This document shows positions 29,142 to 41,250 of a stretch of 64,000 nucleotides of DNA, piece after piece. Within the stretch, counting starts at the first letter, position 1. Each line of letters opens with the position of its first letter. The stretch covers positions 22,292-86,291 of the forward strand of contig PBLA01000001.1 in assembly GCA_002722245.1 (NCBI GenBank), written 5' to 3'. Both the position numbers and the translations under genes were made by a program. The notes under the pieces are model-generated. The model had not been told where the DNA came from and did not search any database. It saw only the letters and a program-made list of their open reading frames with translations. The stretch is from Flavobacteriales bacterium. Its GTDB lineage: Bacteria > Bacteroidota > Bacteroidia > Flavobacteriales_C > GCA-002722245.

Positions 29142-30152
29142 ATGTCAGGAAGTAATTTTATAGATTACGTTAAGATTAATTGTAAGTCTGGTAATGGTGG
29201 TGCGGGTTCAAGCCATCTTTTTAGGGATAAGTTAACCTCAATGGGTGGCCCTGATGGCGGAGATGGGGGAAGAGGAGGTCACATTATTATCCGAGGAAAT
29301 GCGCAGCACTGGACATTACTGCACTTAAAATATAGAAAGCATATTAAAGCCACTCATGGGGAAGCGGGAGGAAAAAGTACAAGTACGGGTGCAGAGGGTG
29401 AGGATGTGTATTTGGATGTTCCAATAGGAACAATTGCTAAAAACGCTGAGACAGGCGAGGAAATTGGTGAGATTTTAGAGGACGGGCAAGAGCTTATTCT
29501 AGTAGAGGGAGGAAAAGGCGGATTAGGAAATGCGCATTTTAAAAATGCAGTTCGCCAAACGCCACGATATGCTCAAAAAGGATTACCAGGCGAGGAGCAA
29601 TGGGTAATTCTTGAGTTAAAAGTTTTAGCCGATGTAGGTTTAGTAGGTTTTCCAAATGCAGGTAAGTCCACATTGCTTTCCGTAGTTAGTGCAGCTAAAC
29701 CAGAGATTGCTAATTATCCATTTACCACGTTAGTTCCTAATCTTGGTATAGTAGGGCATAGAAATGATCAGTCTTTTATAATGGCTGATATTCCAGGGAT
29801 TATTGAGGGGGCCTCAGAGGGTAAAGGGATTGGGTTGCGTTTTTTAAGACACATTGAACGAAATTCAATTCTACTTTTTCTGATTCCTGCTGATGCAGAT
29901 GATATTGTAAAGGAATATGAAATCCTTTTGAATGAACTTGAAAAATATAATCCTGATTTGTTAGAAAAAAATCGGTTGCTAGCGATTTCAAAATGTGATA
30001 TGCTTGATGACGAATTACAGGAAGAAATAGCAAAGACGTTGCCGATAGATGTGCAAACTCTTTTTATTTCTGCTGTCGCACAAAAGGGTATTCAAGCCTT
30101 GAAAGATGCTCTTTGGGATAAAATTAGTAATGATCCTTTTGCTGAGGGATAA
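29142..30152 (+). CDS. obg: GTPase Obg/CgtA
   Basis: Gly-rich Obg fold [13 protein letters not shown]1 [11 protein letters not shown]. Confidence 0.9.
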   Translation: MSGSNFIDYVKINCKSGNGGAGSSHLFRDKLTSMGGPDGGDGGRGGHIIIRGNAQHWTLLHLKYRKHIKATHGEAGGKSTSTGAEGEDVYLDVPIGTIAKNAETGEEIGEILEDGQELILVEGGKGGLGNAHFKNAVRQTPRYAQKGLPGEEQWVILELKVLADVGLVGFPNAGKSTLLSVVSAAKPEIANYPFTTLVPNLGIVGHRNDQSFIMADIPGIIEGASEGKGIGLRFLRHIERNSILLFLIPADADDIVKEYEILLNELEKYNPDLLEKNRLLAISKCDMLDDELQEEIAKTLPIDVQTLFISAVAQKGIQALKDALWDKISNDPFAEG

Positions 30153-30157
30153 TTTGA

Positions 30158-30733
30158 ATGATTGATTTACTTCTACATATTGATCATGATTTATTCACAT
30201 TTTTAAATGGATTGCATTCGGCCTGGATGGATCCTATTCAGTACTGGATCAGTAATAAATTTATTTGGATTCCTTTTTATGCTTTTTTGTTGTTTCTTCT
30301 TTTTAAACACTATAAAAAAAGAGCTGTTTTAGCCGTTGTTTTTATTGTTTCGCTGATTACTTCAACGGATCAGTTGTCAGGTTTTTCTAAACGGTATGCT
30401 GGTAGATACCGGCCGTGCAGAGAGGAGTCATGGCATCGTCCTCGGCCACATCTTGTGGATAATCACTGCGGAGGAGCTTACGGCTTTTTTAGTGCGCATG
30501 CCTCTAGTGCATTTGGGCTAGCTGTATTTGTGGGTACGCTTCTCATGCCTGTGTTTAACCATGCGCGAAAGTATATGTTGTTTTGGGCGGCAATCGTAGC
30601 TTATAGTAGAGTGTATCTAGGTGTACATTATCCCTCTGATATTTTTGTTGGAGCCTTAGTTGGCTTGTTTTTAGGATTTCTTTTTACAGCGCTCTTTAAA
30701 TGGCTCAGTCAAGTGGAGTTTAGTTCAAAATAG
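30158..30733 (+). CDS. PAP2-family phosphatase (undecaprenyl-diphosphatase-like)
   Basis: KxxxxxxRP, SFFSAHAS, YSRVYLGVHYPSD motifs. Confidence 0.8.
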   Translation: MIDLLLHIDHDLFTFLNGLHSAWMDPIQYWISNKFIWIPFYAFLLFLLFKHYKKRAVLAVVFIVSLITSTDQLSGFSKRYAGRYRPCREESWHRPRPHLVDNHCGGAYGFFSAHASSAFGLAVFVGTLLMPVFNHARKYMLFWAAIVAYSRVYLGVHYPSDIFVGALVGLFLGFLFTALFKWLSQVEFSSK

Positions 30734-32261
30734 CTTTTCTTGAAAAGTCTGATTTATTTTTTACCCAAGATTTAATGAACTCTTTTTTCATATCATTTTC
30801 TGAGTTTTCTATTTCTTCGAGTCTGTTGTGTAATTGTTTAAATTGAATCTTTTGAAGAGTGTCATCACCGAAACATATAAGTAGTTTGTGAAACGTTTTA
30901 GAGAGTTCTTTTAAAATATCATTGCTAGCATCACATTTTTGAAGGGCGCGTTCAAGGTTTTTTGATGAAGATTCAAACAATTCGAAATTTTTAGATTCTA
31001 GATAAACAATGGTCGTAAGTAGTTTTTTAGAATGAATCATATTTTGATAATCCAAATTGTCTGACTTAAGAATGATGTTCTTTAAACTGCCTAAAACACC
31101 TTTGTTTCTTCCACATCTTAATTGAGCCCAAGCTAAATTAATGAGCAGAGTATTGTGAAGACTTGTGCCTAATTTTGTTCTTTTATTTAGCACAAAATCC
31201 TCAACTTTTTTAACCTGTAAAAAGATTTTGTTCAAGTCGTTTTGAATTAAGTAAAACTCCTGTTCTATATTCAAAAAGTATCCGTAATCGCTGTTTTTAC
31301 TATAATAAGTAATGGTGTTGTCATTGAAAAAAATATTACTTTTTTCTAAAAACAATGCTATTTCATTGTTTTTATTCTGATTCTTTAAGTAGTTTATTTT
31401 AAAGAATAATGCATGGATGTATTTTGTTGGCAGGAGCTTTATTTGTAATTCATTAGAGTGAAATAATAATAGGATTTTATCCACAAATTTCTCTGCTTCA
31501 ACAAGATTATTAGTTAGCTCATAGTAGTTTCTTAATGAATTGTAATACAGTAGTTTATTGTGTTTTAACTCTATTTTCTCTTTAGGCTGTGTAATGTCTT
31601 TTAAACGAAGGTTGTTTTGAGGTTCAACAATACCGGAAGATGCTTGCTTATTGTTTGAGATGGCAAGCATATCCAGATTGTTGTTGTAAATTTCGTTATT
31701 GAGTTGAATTGCTTTGCTCAGCTTTGCTTGGTCATGTTTAAAAGCTGATAATTCATCCCAATTCGGAAATTCATTCATTTTTGCTAAACAATGCAGTTTT
31801 AACCTTTTAATTTCTTGTGTTGAACCCAATAACCCAATCTCATTTGACAGTTCTTCTGCTTTCTTTAGCTTTCTTAAGGCTTGATGATATAAGCCTTTGT
31901 TTTGAAGAATTTCAACAGCGTCTATAATTCTTCTTACTCGTACGGAAGGAAGTGTATCAGCGTTATAAAATGTTAAACTTTTCACAACCAATTCGTACAA
32001 ATATTTTTTTAAGGAAGGATATCTCTTTTCTATTGGAGTTCCTTTAAATTTTTCTTTAATGGCTTCCTCATTGAATACTTCTTGCTTATCAATTTCTTCA
32101 AATAAACGGATATAATCATTTTTCTTGCTAGGCGTTTGTTGTTTGGCCAATAATTTAAAATATCTTTTTTCCGTTTGAGAAAGGTTTTTAATGAGTTCGT
32201 GTAGGTAATTTTGAACTTTAGGTTTTGTCATTAAAGAATAGTTAGGGGCGAGTAGCTTCAA
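30720..32261 (-). CDS. Hypothetical 513-aa Lys/Asn/Leu-rich predicted all-helical protein
   Basis: Long ORF, no recognised motif; 14-nt convergent overlap with PAP2 gene. Confidence 0.5.
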   Translation of the reverse strand: MKLLAPNYSLMTKPKVQNYLHELIKNLSQTEKRYFKLLAKQQTPSKKNDYIRLFEEIDKQEVFNEEAIKEKFKGTPIEKRYPSLKKYLYELVVKSLTFYNADTLPSVRVRRIIDAVEILQNKGLYHQALRKLKKAEELSNEIGLLGSTQEIKRLKLHCLAKMNEFPNWDELSAFKHDQAKLSKAIQLNNEIYNNNLDMLAISNNKQASSGIVEPQNNLRLKDITQPKEKIELKHNKLLYYNSLRNYYELTNNLVEAEKFVDKILLLFHSNELQIKLLPTKYIHALFFKINYLKNQNKNNEIALFLEKSNIFFNDNTITYYSKNSDYGYFLNIEQEFYLIQNDLNKIFLQVKKVEDFVLNKRTKLGTSLHNTLLINLAWAQLRCGRNKGVLGSLKNIILKSDNLDYQNMIHSKKLLTTIVYLESKNFELFESSSKNLERALQKCDASNDILKELSKTFHKLLICFGDDTLQKIQFKQLHNRLEEIENSENDMKKEFIKSWVKNKSDFSRKAILN

Positions 32262-32471
32262 AAGTAAAGGAATCTCCTAATGAACTCATTCTTACTTTTT
32301 GTAAAACTTACGCGTTAAAGAACGATTAATGGTTGTTTAAACCATTGTAAATATTTATTAATTAAGTTTTTTAATGTTTCTTGTTTAGGGTGCCGTAAAG
32401 GGTCGTTTAATGAAAAAATTGAGGTTTGTAAGTGACAGGATTTTGTGAATAAATACCCCTCTAATCCTTAA

Positions 32472-33998
<1,527 letters not shown>

Positions 33999-34016
33999 TA
34001 ATTTAATTATTTCGAA

Positions 34017-35981
34017 ATGAGATTTCAAAAACTACTTATTATAGCAGCTTTATTTGGAAGTACTTTTGTGAGTGCTCAATCCAAAAAAATTAACCCTCAA
34101 TTAGAGGATGAATGGTTGATAGCGATAAATGGTGATACCATCACAGCTGGTGATTTTTGGTATGCTTTTGTGAAAAATGCCGATGAGGAAAAGCCCATAA
34201 ATCTTGATTCATTAAAGAAATACAAAAAACTTTATGACAAATTTCTACTTAAGGTTACTGAAGCGAAATCATTAGGATATGATACCACGCCAAAGTTTTT
34301 AAAGGAATTTAAAGGGTATAAAAATCAGTTGGCCGAGTCTTATTTGAAAGATAAATCGGTAACGGACAAATTAATACAAGAGGCATTTGATCGATCAAGA
34401 ATTGATGTTGAAGCCAGTCATATTTTGGTTAAGGTTCCTTACGATGCTATGCCTGAGGATACACTTAAGGCATTTGAAAAAGCATTAAGCATCATGAATA
34501 AGGCTAATAATGGAGTAGATTTTACCCTTTTAGCAAAAAAGTATTCTGATGATAATGGTGGTAAAAATGGCGGTTACCTTGGTTATTTTTCAGTTTTAAG
34601 AATGGTTTATCCCTTTGAAAATATGGCTTACAACACAAAACCGGGTGAAATTAGTAAGCCGTTTAGATCGCGTTTTGGATATCATATCATAAAGGTTCAT
34701 TCTAATCGAAAAGCGGTAGGTGAGGTAAAGGTGGCTCATATTATGACAATTGCCAAAGAGGGAATGGATCCGAAAAAATTAGTAGATGCTGAAAAAAATA
34801 TTAGAGAGATTTATGAAATGGTTAAAGAAGGTAAAAATTTCGCCGAATTAGCGCGTAAATTCTCAGAGGATTTAAACACATCAAATAGAGGAGGAGAATT
34901 ACCTTGGTTTGGACCGAATAAATTTTTACCTGAGTTTGAAAATGCAGCATTTAGTTTAGCGAATAATGGGGATGTATCCGAACCTGTTAAAACACCTTAT
35001 GGTTGGCACATTATTAAACGCATTGATCGTAAAGAATTATCGTCTTATGATGATATGAAAAATGAACTTCGAAATAAAGTGTCGCGATCCGATAGAGCTG
35101 CCTTAAGTAAAACTGTTGTGATCAATAGGATTAAAAAGGAGTATGAATTTATCGAGTATCGATCTGGAATTGATAATTTTTACACATTCTGTGACACCAC
35201 GTTAATTACAGCAAAATGGAAAGCTCCAGCAGATAAAGAACTTACTGATAAAATGTTTGATTTTGCGGGCGTTACGTATACTCAAAAGGAATTTGCTGAG
35301 TATTTAGCCCAAACCTTGGTTCCTAAAAAAGGAGGGAGCTTTCAAAGAATTGTGCAATATTCATATGAAAATTGGATGACTGATATTATTGAAAGTCATG
35401 AAAAAAGTTTGTTGACTACAAAATACCCAGATTATGGTCGTCTCTTAAGAGAATATAAAGATGGAATTATTTTGTTTGATTTAACAAGTGAAAAGGTATG
35501 GAATAAATCTGTTGTTGATACCGCAGGGTTAAGAGCTTTTCATAACGATATAAAGGATCAATGGCAGTGGAATGAACGTATGGATGGTGTTGTATATAAG
35601 TGTATTGATGAGGCAACAGCAGTAGCAGTAAGGAAATTACTTAAAAAAGGACGAGGTGATGATGTGATTTTGGAGAATATAAATGTGGATTCTAAGCTTA
35701 ATGTAAGAGTAGAGGCAGGAGTTTATGAAGCGAAGTCACGCCCTGAGCTCAATGGATTGAAGTTTAAAAAAGGTGTTTCAAAAGTGTTGAATCAGAATGG
35801 TAATTTTATTGTTTTGAAGGTTGATAAAGTGTTACCAGTTGAATCAAAATCATTGAGTGAGGTAAAAGGAATGGTTACTGCTAAATACCAGGATTATCTA
35901 ATGGATGTTTGGCTAAAGGAGTTGAGAGAAAAATATGAGATTGTATATAACGATGATGTGTTTAAGCAATTAGCTCCTTGA
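34017..35981 (+). CDS. Periplasmic peptidyl-prolyl isomerase, PpiC/parvulin type (SurA/PpiD-like)
   Basis: Signal peptide; two parvulin motifs (ASHILVKVP..., VAHIM...GYHIIK, GWHIIK). Confidence 0.8.
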   Translation: MRFQKLLIIAALFGSTFVSAQSKKINPQLEDEWLIAINGDTITAGDFWYAFVKNADEEKPINLDSLKKYKKLYDKFLLKVTEAKSLGYDTTPKFLKEFKGYKNQLAESYLKDKSVTDKLIQEAFDRSRIDVEASHILVKVPYDAMPEDTLKAFEKALSIMNKANNGVDFTLLAKKYSDDNGGKNGGYLGYFSVLRMVYPFENMAYNTKPGEISKPFRSRFGYHIIKVHSNRKAVGEVKVAHIMTIAKEGMDPKKLVDAEKNIREIYEMVKEGKNFAELARKFSEDLNTSNRGGELPWFGPNKFLPEFENAAFSLANNGDVSEPVKTPYGWHIIKRIDRKELSSYDDMKNELRNKVSRSDRAALSKTVVINRIKKEYEFIEYRSGIDNFYTFCDTTLITAKWKAPADKELTDKMFDFAGVTYTQKEFAEYLAQTLVPKKGGSFQRIVQYSYENWMTDIIESHEKSLLTTKYPDYGRLLREYKDGIILFDLTSEKVWNKSVVDTAGLRAFHNDIKDQWQWNERMDGVVYKCIDEATAVAVRKLLKKGRGDDVILENINVDSKLNVRVEAGVYEAKSRPELNGLKFKKGVSKVLNQNGNFIVLKVDKVLPVESKSLSEVKGMVTAKYQDYLMDVWLKELREKYEIVYNDDVFKQLAP

Positions 35982-36877
35982 TGATGAATTATAAAAACTA
36001 TAAATGCTTCAAGGCTACCCTTAAAAGGTGGCCTTTTATGCTTATTATGGTTTTAGTTTTAACAAATTGTAGTGAACGTAAAGGAATTGGAAAATCTAAA
36101 GGTGAACTTATTGCAGAAGTTGGAGAACACCGGTTAACTGCCGACGAATTGGTGAAAGTGTTTGGAGATCAATGGCGTCAAAAGCATGAAAAGGTTAAGG
36201 ACTTTGTTAGAATTTGGGTAAAAGATAAAGTGGTAGGGGTTGTGGCTGAAAAGCAACTTGCTGAAGAAGATAAAGATTTTAAGGAAGAAATTATTGCTTA
36301 CAAAAACTCTTTGCTGAAGTATACATTTGAACAAAAAATGTTGGACTCTGCATTATCCTTAGTTGTAGATGAACAGGAGATTGCGGAATATTTACAAAAG
36401 AACAAAAAGAACTTTCAGTTGAAAGAAAATATTGTTCGAGTGCGGTACGTTAAAGTCCCCAAAAAGCATAAAAAACTTAACCAGCTTCGATATATGATTC
36501 AATATAAAGATTCGTTAAGGAAAGAAAAGTTTTTTGATTTAATTCAAAAAGAAAATATTTTTTGTGAAGCAAACGATAGTGTATGGCATAAGCTTGATGA
36601 CTTAAAGAATTTAATTCCATTTAAATTATATAATGATGAGCATTTTTTAAGACATTATAATTACACCGAAGCACCTGATGGAGATTTTATTTGGGTTATA
36701 TATTTTTCGGAAAATCGTTTAAAGAAAGGGGTTTCTCCATTGGAAATGGTGAGGGATCAAATTCAAGCAATTATTATTAACAGGCGAAAACAAAAGCTCA
36801 TCCAAGAGTTTGAAAAATCACTTTACCTTGATGCATTAAAAAACAAGGATATTAAAATATATGCAGATTATGAATAA
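35978..36877 (+). CDS. Hypothetical protein between PPIase genes (possibly SurA-N-like chaperone domain)
   Basis: ORF with lipoprotein-like N-terminus (LTNC). Confidence 0.5.
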   Translation: MMMNYKNYKCFKATLKRWPFMLIMVLVLTNCSERKGIGKSKGELIAEVGEHRLTADELVKVFGDQWRQKHEKVKDFVRIWVKDKVVGVVAEKQLAEEDKDFKEEIIAYKNSLLKYTFEQKMLDSALSLVVDEQEIAEYLQKNKKNFQLKENIVRVRYVKVPKKHKKLNQLRYMIQYKDSLRKEKFFDLIQKENIFCEANDSVWHKLDDLKNLIPFKLYNDEHFLRHYNYTEAPDGDFIWVIYFSENRLKKGVSPLEMVRDQIQAIIINRRKQKLIQEFEKSLYLDALKNKDIKIYADYE

Positions 36878-38237
36878 CTATAGATGCTTGATGCTGTGTT
36901 GCTTCTTGTCAATTATGGCTGCAGCCCAAAAAGATCCAATCTTAATTGATGAAGTTTCTGCAGTAATTGGAAAAAATGCCATTTTCAAAAGCGAGATTAT
37001 GAGTTCTGCCGAACAATTAAAAATGCAGGGCGCTCCGAATGATTTATCTACTGAGTGTTATGTATTACAAGAACGACTTTTTGAAAAGTTGTTGGTCCAC
37101 AAAGCGGAGGTAGATAGTATTGAAGTTTCGGATAGTGAAATTGACGATGCGATAGATCGAAGAATGAGTTATATGCTCATGCGTTTAGGAGGCTCTGAAA
37201 TTGAATTTCAAAAATTTTACGGGAAGAGCGTGTTGCAATTTAAGAAAGAAATCAGGGGGACAGTAGCAGATAATATCTTGGCTCAAAAAGTTCGTTCAAA
37301 CATTACTAGAGATGTTTCGGTAAGCCCTACTGATGTAAAAAACTATTTTTCTTCGATACCTAAAGATTCGTTGCCTGTTGTTCCAGAGTCTTACAAAATA
37401 GCTCAATTAGTGATTAAGGCTAAGCCAAATAAAACAGAAAAAGAACGAGTTCGGAAAAAATTAGAAGATGTACGAAAACGTATACTGAATGGTTCTGATT
37501 TTGATTTGATGGCTCGAATCTATTCAAAGGATCCAGGATCTAGAGAGAGAGGTGGAGACTTGGGGTTTTTATCACGAAATCAATTAGTTCCTGAATTTAG
37601 TGCGGTGGCATTTAAACTTCAGGTTGGAGAGGTGTCTGAAATTGTTGAATCTCCTTTTGGTTTCCATTTAATTCAAATGTTGGAGAAAAAAGGAAATCTT
37701 ATTCATGCACGTCATATACTAATGATACCTGAAATTTATCCTACTGATATGAATATTGCAAAACAAAGAGCGGATAGTATTAAGTCGGTGATTAAATCTG
37801 GTGTCAATTTTAATAAACTCGCATCTGATTTGAGCGATGATGAACAATCAAAAATTAACGGAGGTGTTGTTAGAAACAATCAAACTGGAGGGAATTATTT
37901 TGAGGTAGAAGAATTAGAGCAAAGTTTGTATTTAAAGCTTCAGTCAATGAATGAGGGTGAGATAACAGAACCGGAGGTATTCAATATGATTGATAATTCA
38001 ATGGCGTATAGAATCATTTATTTGATGGATAAACTTGATTTTCACGTGGCAAATATTCAATCGGATTATGATAGAATTAAATCTGCAGCTTTATCTGCTA
38101 AACAAGAGCTTGAAGTGAAAAAATGGATTAATTCTCATTTAGAAGGAACGTTTATTAAATTACCCGAAAATTATAGAGGATGCCCGATTCTTAGCGTATG
38201 GTATGCAAATGAAACTAAACCTCTTGTAAAAAAATAA
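36861..38237 (+). CDS. Peptidyl-prolyl isomerase, SurA-like with parvulin domains
   Basis: Signal peptide; FGFHLIQML, ARHILM parvulin motifs. Confidence 0.8.
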   Translation: MQIMNNYRCLMLCCFLSIMAAAQKDPILIDEVSAVIGKNAIFKSEIMSSAEQLKMQGAPNDLSTECYVLQERLFEKLLVHKAEVDSIEVSDSEIDDAIDRRMSYMLMRLGGSEIEFQKFYGKSVLQFKKEIRGTVADNILAQKVRSNITRDVSVSPTDVKNYFSSIPKDSLPVVPESYKIAQLVIKAKPNKTEKERVRKKLEDVRKRILNGSDFDLMARIYSKDPGSRERGGDLGFLSRNQLVPEFSAVAFKLQVGEVSEIVESPFGFHLIQMLEKKGNLIHARHILMIPEIYPTDMNIAKQRADSIKSVIKSGVNFNKLASDLSDDEQSKINGGVVRNNQTGGNYFEVEELEQSLYLKLQSMNEGEITEPEVFNMIDNSMAYRIIYLMDKLDFHVANIQSDYDRIKSAALSAKQELEVKKWINSHLEGTFIKLPENYRGCPILSVWYANETKPLVKK

Positions 38238-38239
38238 TT

Positions 38240-39208
38240 ATGTTGAATACGTTTGAGTCAGATGTAAAAGGTATTGATGCACTTGCTAAAGCATCAAGAA
38301 AGCTTGAAGATGAAATTTCAAAGGTCATTGTAGGGCAAAAGGATGTAGTGAAATCTATTATCATTTCCATTTTTTCTAATGGACATTCCTTACTAGTAGG
38401 GGTGCCTGGATTAGCAAAAACATTGTTAGTAAATACAATATCTCAAGCTCTTGGGTTGGAGTTTAATCGTATTCAATTTACACCTGATTTAATGCCAAGT
38501 GATATTATTGGCGCTGAGATATTAGGTGAAGATCGAAGCTTTAAATTTGTAAAAGGCCCCGTTTTTACTAATGTTTTATTAGCTGATGAGATTAATAGAA
38601 CGCCGCCAAAAACACAAGCAGCTTTATTGGAAGCGATGCAAGAAAAAAGAGTAACCATTGCTGGTAAAAGCATAGAGTTACCCACTCCCTTTTTTGTGTT
38701 GGCTACACAAAATCCAATTGATCAGGAAGGAACATATCCACTGCCTGAAGCACAGCTCGATCGTTTTATGTTTAATATATGGGTGGATTACCCATCAATA
38801 GAGGAGGAGGTGCAAGTGGTGAAGTCTACAACTTCAAACACCTCTGTTTCTGTATCACCAGTTTTGTCAGCTGATCAAATCTTAGCGTTTCAGGAATTAA
38901 TTCGAAAAATGCCTGTTGCAGACAATGTGTTAGAATATGCCGTTAAATTAGCTGTTAAAACAAGAAAAGAGTCTGAAATAGCCCCAGAGAATACGAAACT
39001 ATATTTAAGCTGGGGAGCAGGTCCTAGAGCTTCACAATATTTAGTGTTAGGAGCAAAAACACATGCTGCTTTAAATGGTAAATACTCGCCTGATATTGAG
39101 GACGTTCAAGCTGTAGCTCATCCTATATTAAGGCATAGGGTAATGAGAAATTATAAGGCCGAAGCAGATGGTGTTTCATTAAAGCAAATCATTGACTCAT
39201 TACTCTGA
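38240..39208 (+). CDS. MoxR-family AAA+ ATPase
   Basis: Walker A GVPGLAKT, MoxR signature FNRIQFTPDLMPSDIIG, Walker B LLADEINR. Confidence 0.9.
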   Translation: MLNTFESDVKGIDALAKASRKLEDEISKVIVGQKDVVKSIIISIFSNGHSLLVGVPGLAKTLLVNTISQALGLEFNRIQFTPDLMPSDIIGAEILGEDRSFKFVKGPVFTNVLLADEINRTPPKTQAALLEAMQEKRVTIAGKSIELPTPFFVLATQNPIDQEGTYPLPEAQLDRFMFNIWVDYPSIEEEVQVVKSTTSNTSVSVSPVLSADQILAFQELIRKMPVADNVLEYAVKLAVKTRKESEIAPENTKLYLSWGAGPRASQYLVLGAKTHAALNGKYSPDIEDVQAVAHPILRHRVMRNYKAEADGVSLKQIIDSLL

Positions 39209-39209
39209 T

Positions 39210-39863
39210 ATGTCATTACAGGTTAAAAATCTATCCGATGAACAATCGAAGCAATTAAGTTCGGGGAAGTATCTTCCTATTATGGAAGAATTTTACACAA
39301 TTCAAGGAGAAGGAAGAAAGGCTGGGAAACCTGCTTATTTTATTCGTATCGGAGGGTGTGATGTGGGATGTCATTGGTGTGATGTGAAAGAGAGTTGGGA
39401 CGCTTCATTACATCCGCTTAAAGCAGTGGATGATCTCATTCACAGATTAGAAGAAGTTCCAGCCAAGGATGTGGTTATTACAGGCGGTGAACCTACTATT
39501 TATAATTTGGATTATTTATGTGAGGTGTTGCACGCCAATGGTTATAAAACATTTTTGGAAACAAGTGGAGCGCATAAGTTTTCGGGAAGATGGAATTGGA
39601 TTTGTTTGTCTCCTAAAAAAAATCAGCCACCTAGGCCTGAGGTTTATTCATTTGCACACGAATTAAAGGTGATTGTGCATAATAAAAATGACTTTAAATG
39701 GGCGGAGCGTCATGCTGATAAAGTAAATAAGGATTGTAAACTTTACTTACAGCCCGAATGGAGTAAACTGGATGAAATGATGCCGTTAATCATTAATTAT
39801 GTCATGAAAAACCCTTCATGGAATATTAGTTTACAAACGCATAAATTCATGAAAATCCCGTGA
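39210..39863 (+). CDS. queE: 7-carboxy-7-deazaguanine synthase (radical SAM)
   Basis: EEFYTIQGEG and CDVGCHWCD cluster; start placed at MSLQV just after MoxR stop (ORF track starts 39192). Confidence 0.8.
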   Translation: MSLQVKNLSDEQSKQLSSGKYLPIMEEFYTIQGEGRKAGKPAYFIRIGGCDVGCHWCDVKESWDASLHPLKAVDDLIHRLEEVPAKDVVITGGEPTIYNLDYLCEVLHANGYKTFLETSGAHKFSGRWNWICLSPKKNQPPRPEVYSFAHELKVIVHNKNDFKWAERHADKVNKDCKLYLQPEWSKLDEMMPLIINYVMKNPSWNISLQTHKFMKIP

Positions 39864-39864
39864 T

Positions 39865-40224
39865 ATGAAACGAACTTTAATTGTTGGAGCAACAACAAAT
39901 CCAGCTCGATATGCTTATAAGGCTGCAGAAATGTTAACGGAGAGTGGTCATCCTATTGTTCCCATTGGAATAAAAAAAGGAGTTGTTTTTGGTGAAAAAA
40001 TTCAAAATAATTGGGAACAAATTCAAGGTATTGACACCGTTACTTTGTATGTTGGCCCTGCCAATCAACTTGAATATATGGATGCTATTATAGCGATCCA
40101 ACCAAAACGCGTTATCTTTAATCCAGGTACCGAAAACCCAGATTTTTATGCTAAGCTTGAATCTAATGGCATTGATTATGAGGTTGCGTGTACACTTGTT
40201 CTATTAAGAACAAACCAGTATTGA
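39865..40224 (+). CDS. CoA-binding domain protein
   Basis: TLIVGATTNPARYAYKAAEML Rossmann-like CoA-binding signature. Confidence 0.75.
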   Translation: MKRTLIVGATTNPARYAYKAAEMLTESGHPIVPIGIKKGVVFGEKIQNNWEQIQGIDTVTLYVGPANQLEYMDAIIAIQPKRVIFNPGTENPDFYAKLESNGIDYEVACTLVLLRTNQY

Positions 40225-40264
40225 AAATAAGTTATTATCTTATTGTTTTCTACTAATGATGATA

Positions 40265-40840
40265 TTACCTGGAGCTTGATAGGTTGTTTTGTAAAGCGAT
40301 TAACTTATCAAAAACGTTAAGATCAGGTATAATAATTTTAATTGTTTTTATGTTATTGTTGTATTGAATTCGAGCAACTGTGTGTTCTCTCTCTACTGAT
40401 TGAATATGATCCCATGGAATAATTTCTGAATAAGAACCTGGAAGTTTAATTCCATTTTTATAAATTCTTATTGAATTCATAGTGCTTTGATATTTCATTC
40501 CAAAATACATTGCCAGAATCAAGGGTGCCACATAAATAAAAGGACTTTCTCGTTTAAATAAGTCCAGAAAATAGTCAATCGCATATTCCAATATAAAATA
40601 CAGTCCCAATGAAATGAATAGCGGTAGTGTATTTTTTAAAGAAACTCCCACTCTTATGGAGAAAATAATTGAATGAACGTCTTTTTTATGTAGTGTACCT
40701 ATATAGTAGCCAAAACCAATACAACATGTATTTATAAAAACTACAATGGGAAGTAGAAGCGGGAAGTCATAATGACCCAGAACATAAATGATTAAAAAAG
40801 AGAGGGTAATAGTTGCTTCAAAAATTCTATTTATCATCAA
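40265..40840 (-). CDS. Membrane protein with C-terminal bacterial PH-like domain, hypothetical
   Basis: 4 TM + soluble C-terminal domain. Confidence 0.5.
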   Translation of the reverse strand: MMINRIFEATITLSFLIIYVLGHYDFPLLLPIVVFINTCCIGFGYYIGTLHKKDVHSIIFSIRVGVSLKNTLPLFISLGLYFILEYAIDYFLDLFKRESPFIYVAPLILAMYFGMKYQSTMNSIRIYKNGIKLPGSYSEIIPWDHIQSVEREHTVARIQYNNNIKTIKIIIPDLNVFDKLIALQNNLSSSR

Positions 40841-41148
40841 TCCAGCATAAATATATCTTCACCATCTTTTTTCATCAAATAGTGCTCCCGCGCATATTTC
40901 TCCATGAACTCACTATTGTTCATGTTTCGAAGAAAAATAGTATTCTTTGCAGTTTCTATTTTTAATCGTCGTAGCTCTTTTTTTAATTCATTTTTTTGTT
41001 GGATTAATTCTGCATGAAAAAAGAAATTATAGTGATCAAAGAAAGAAATCCAAACAAGAAAAACAAAACTGGTTAAGAAGAATCGATTTTTAAAAAAGGC
41101 AGGGATGTTTTCTATTAAGTTCACCTTTTGAAGATAGTGGAATATCAC
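40837..41148 (-). CDS. Septum-formation-initiator (FtsB/DivIC)-like small membrane protein
   Basis: Single TM followed by coiled coil QKNELKKELRRLK and EKYAREHYLMKKDGEDIF tail. Confidence 0.5.
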   Translation of the reverse strand: MIFHYLQKVNLIENIPAFFKNRFFLTSFVFLVWISFFDHYNFFFHAELIQQKNELKKELRRLKIETAKNTIFLRNMNNSEFMEKYAREHYLMKKDGEDIFMLD

Positions 41149-41250
41149 GATGGATATTATCTGGTCTTTATTTTGTTTTAAAAAACCACTTTTTAATAAG
41201 TGATCAACATCAATAGCTTACCCCATTATGGAGTTCATTCTTAACCTGTC

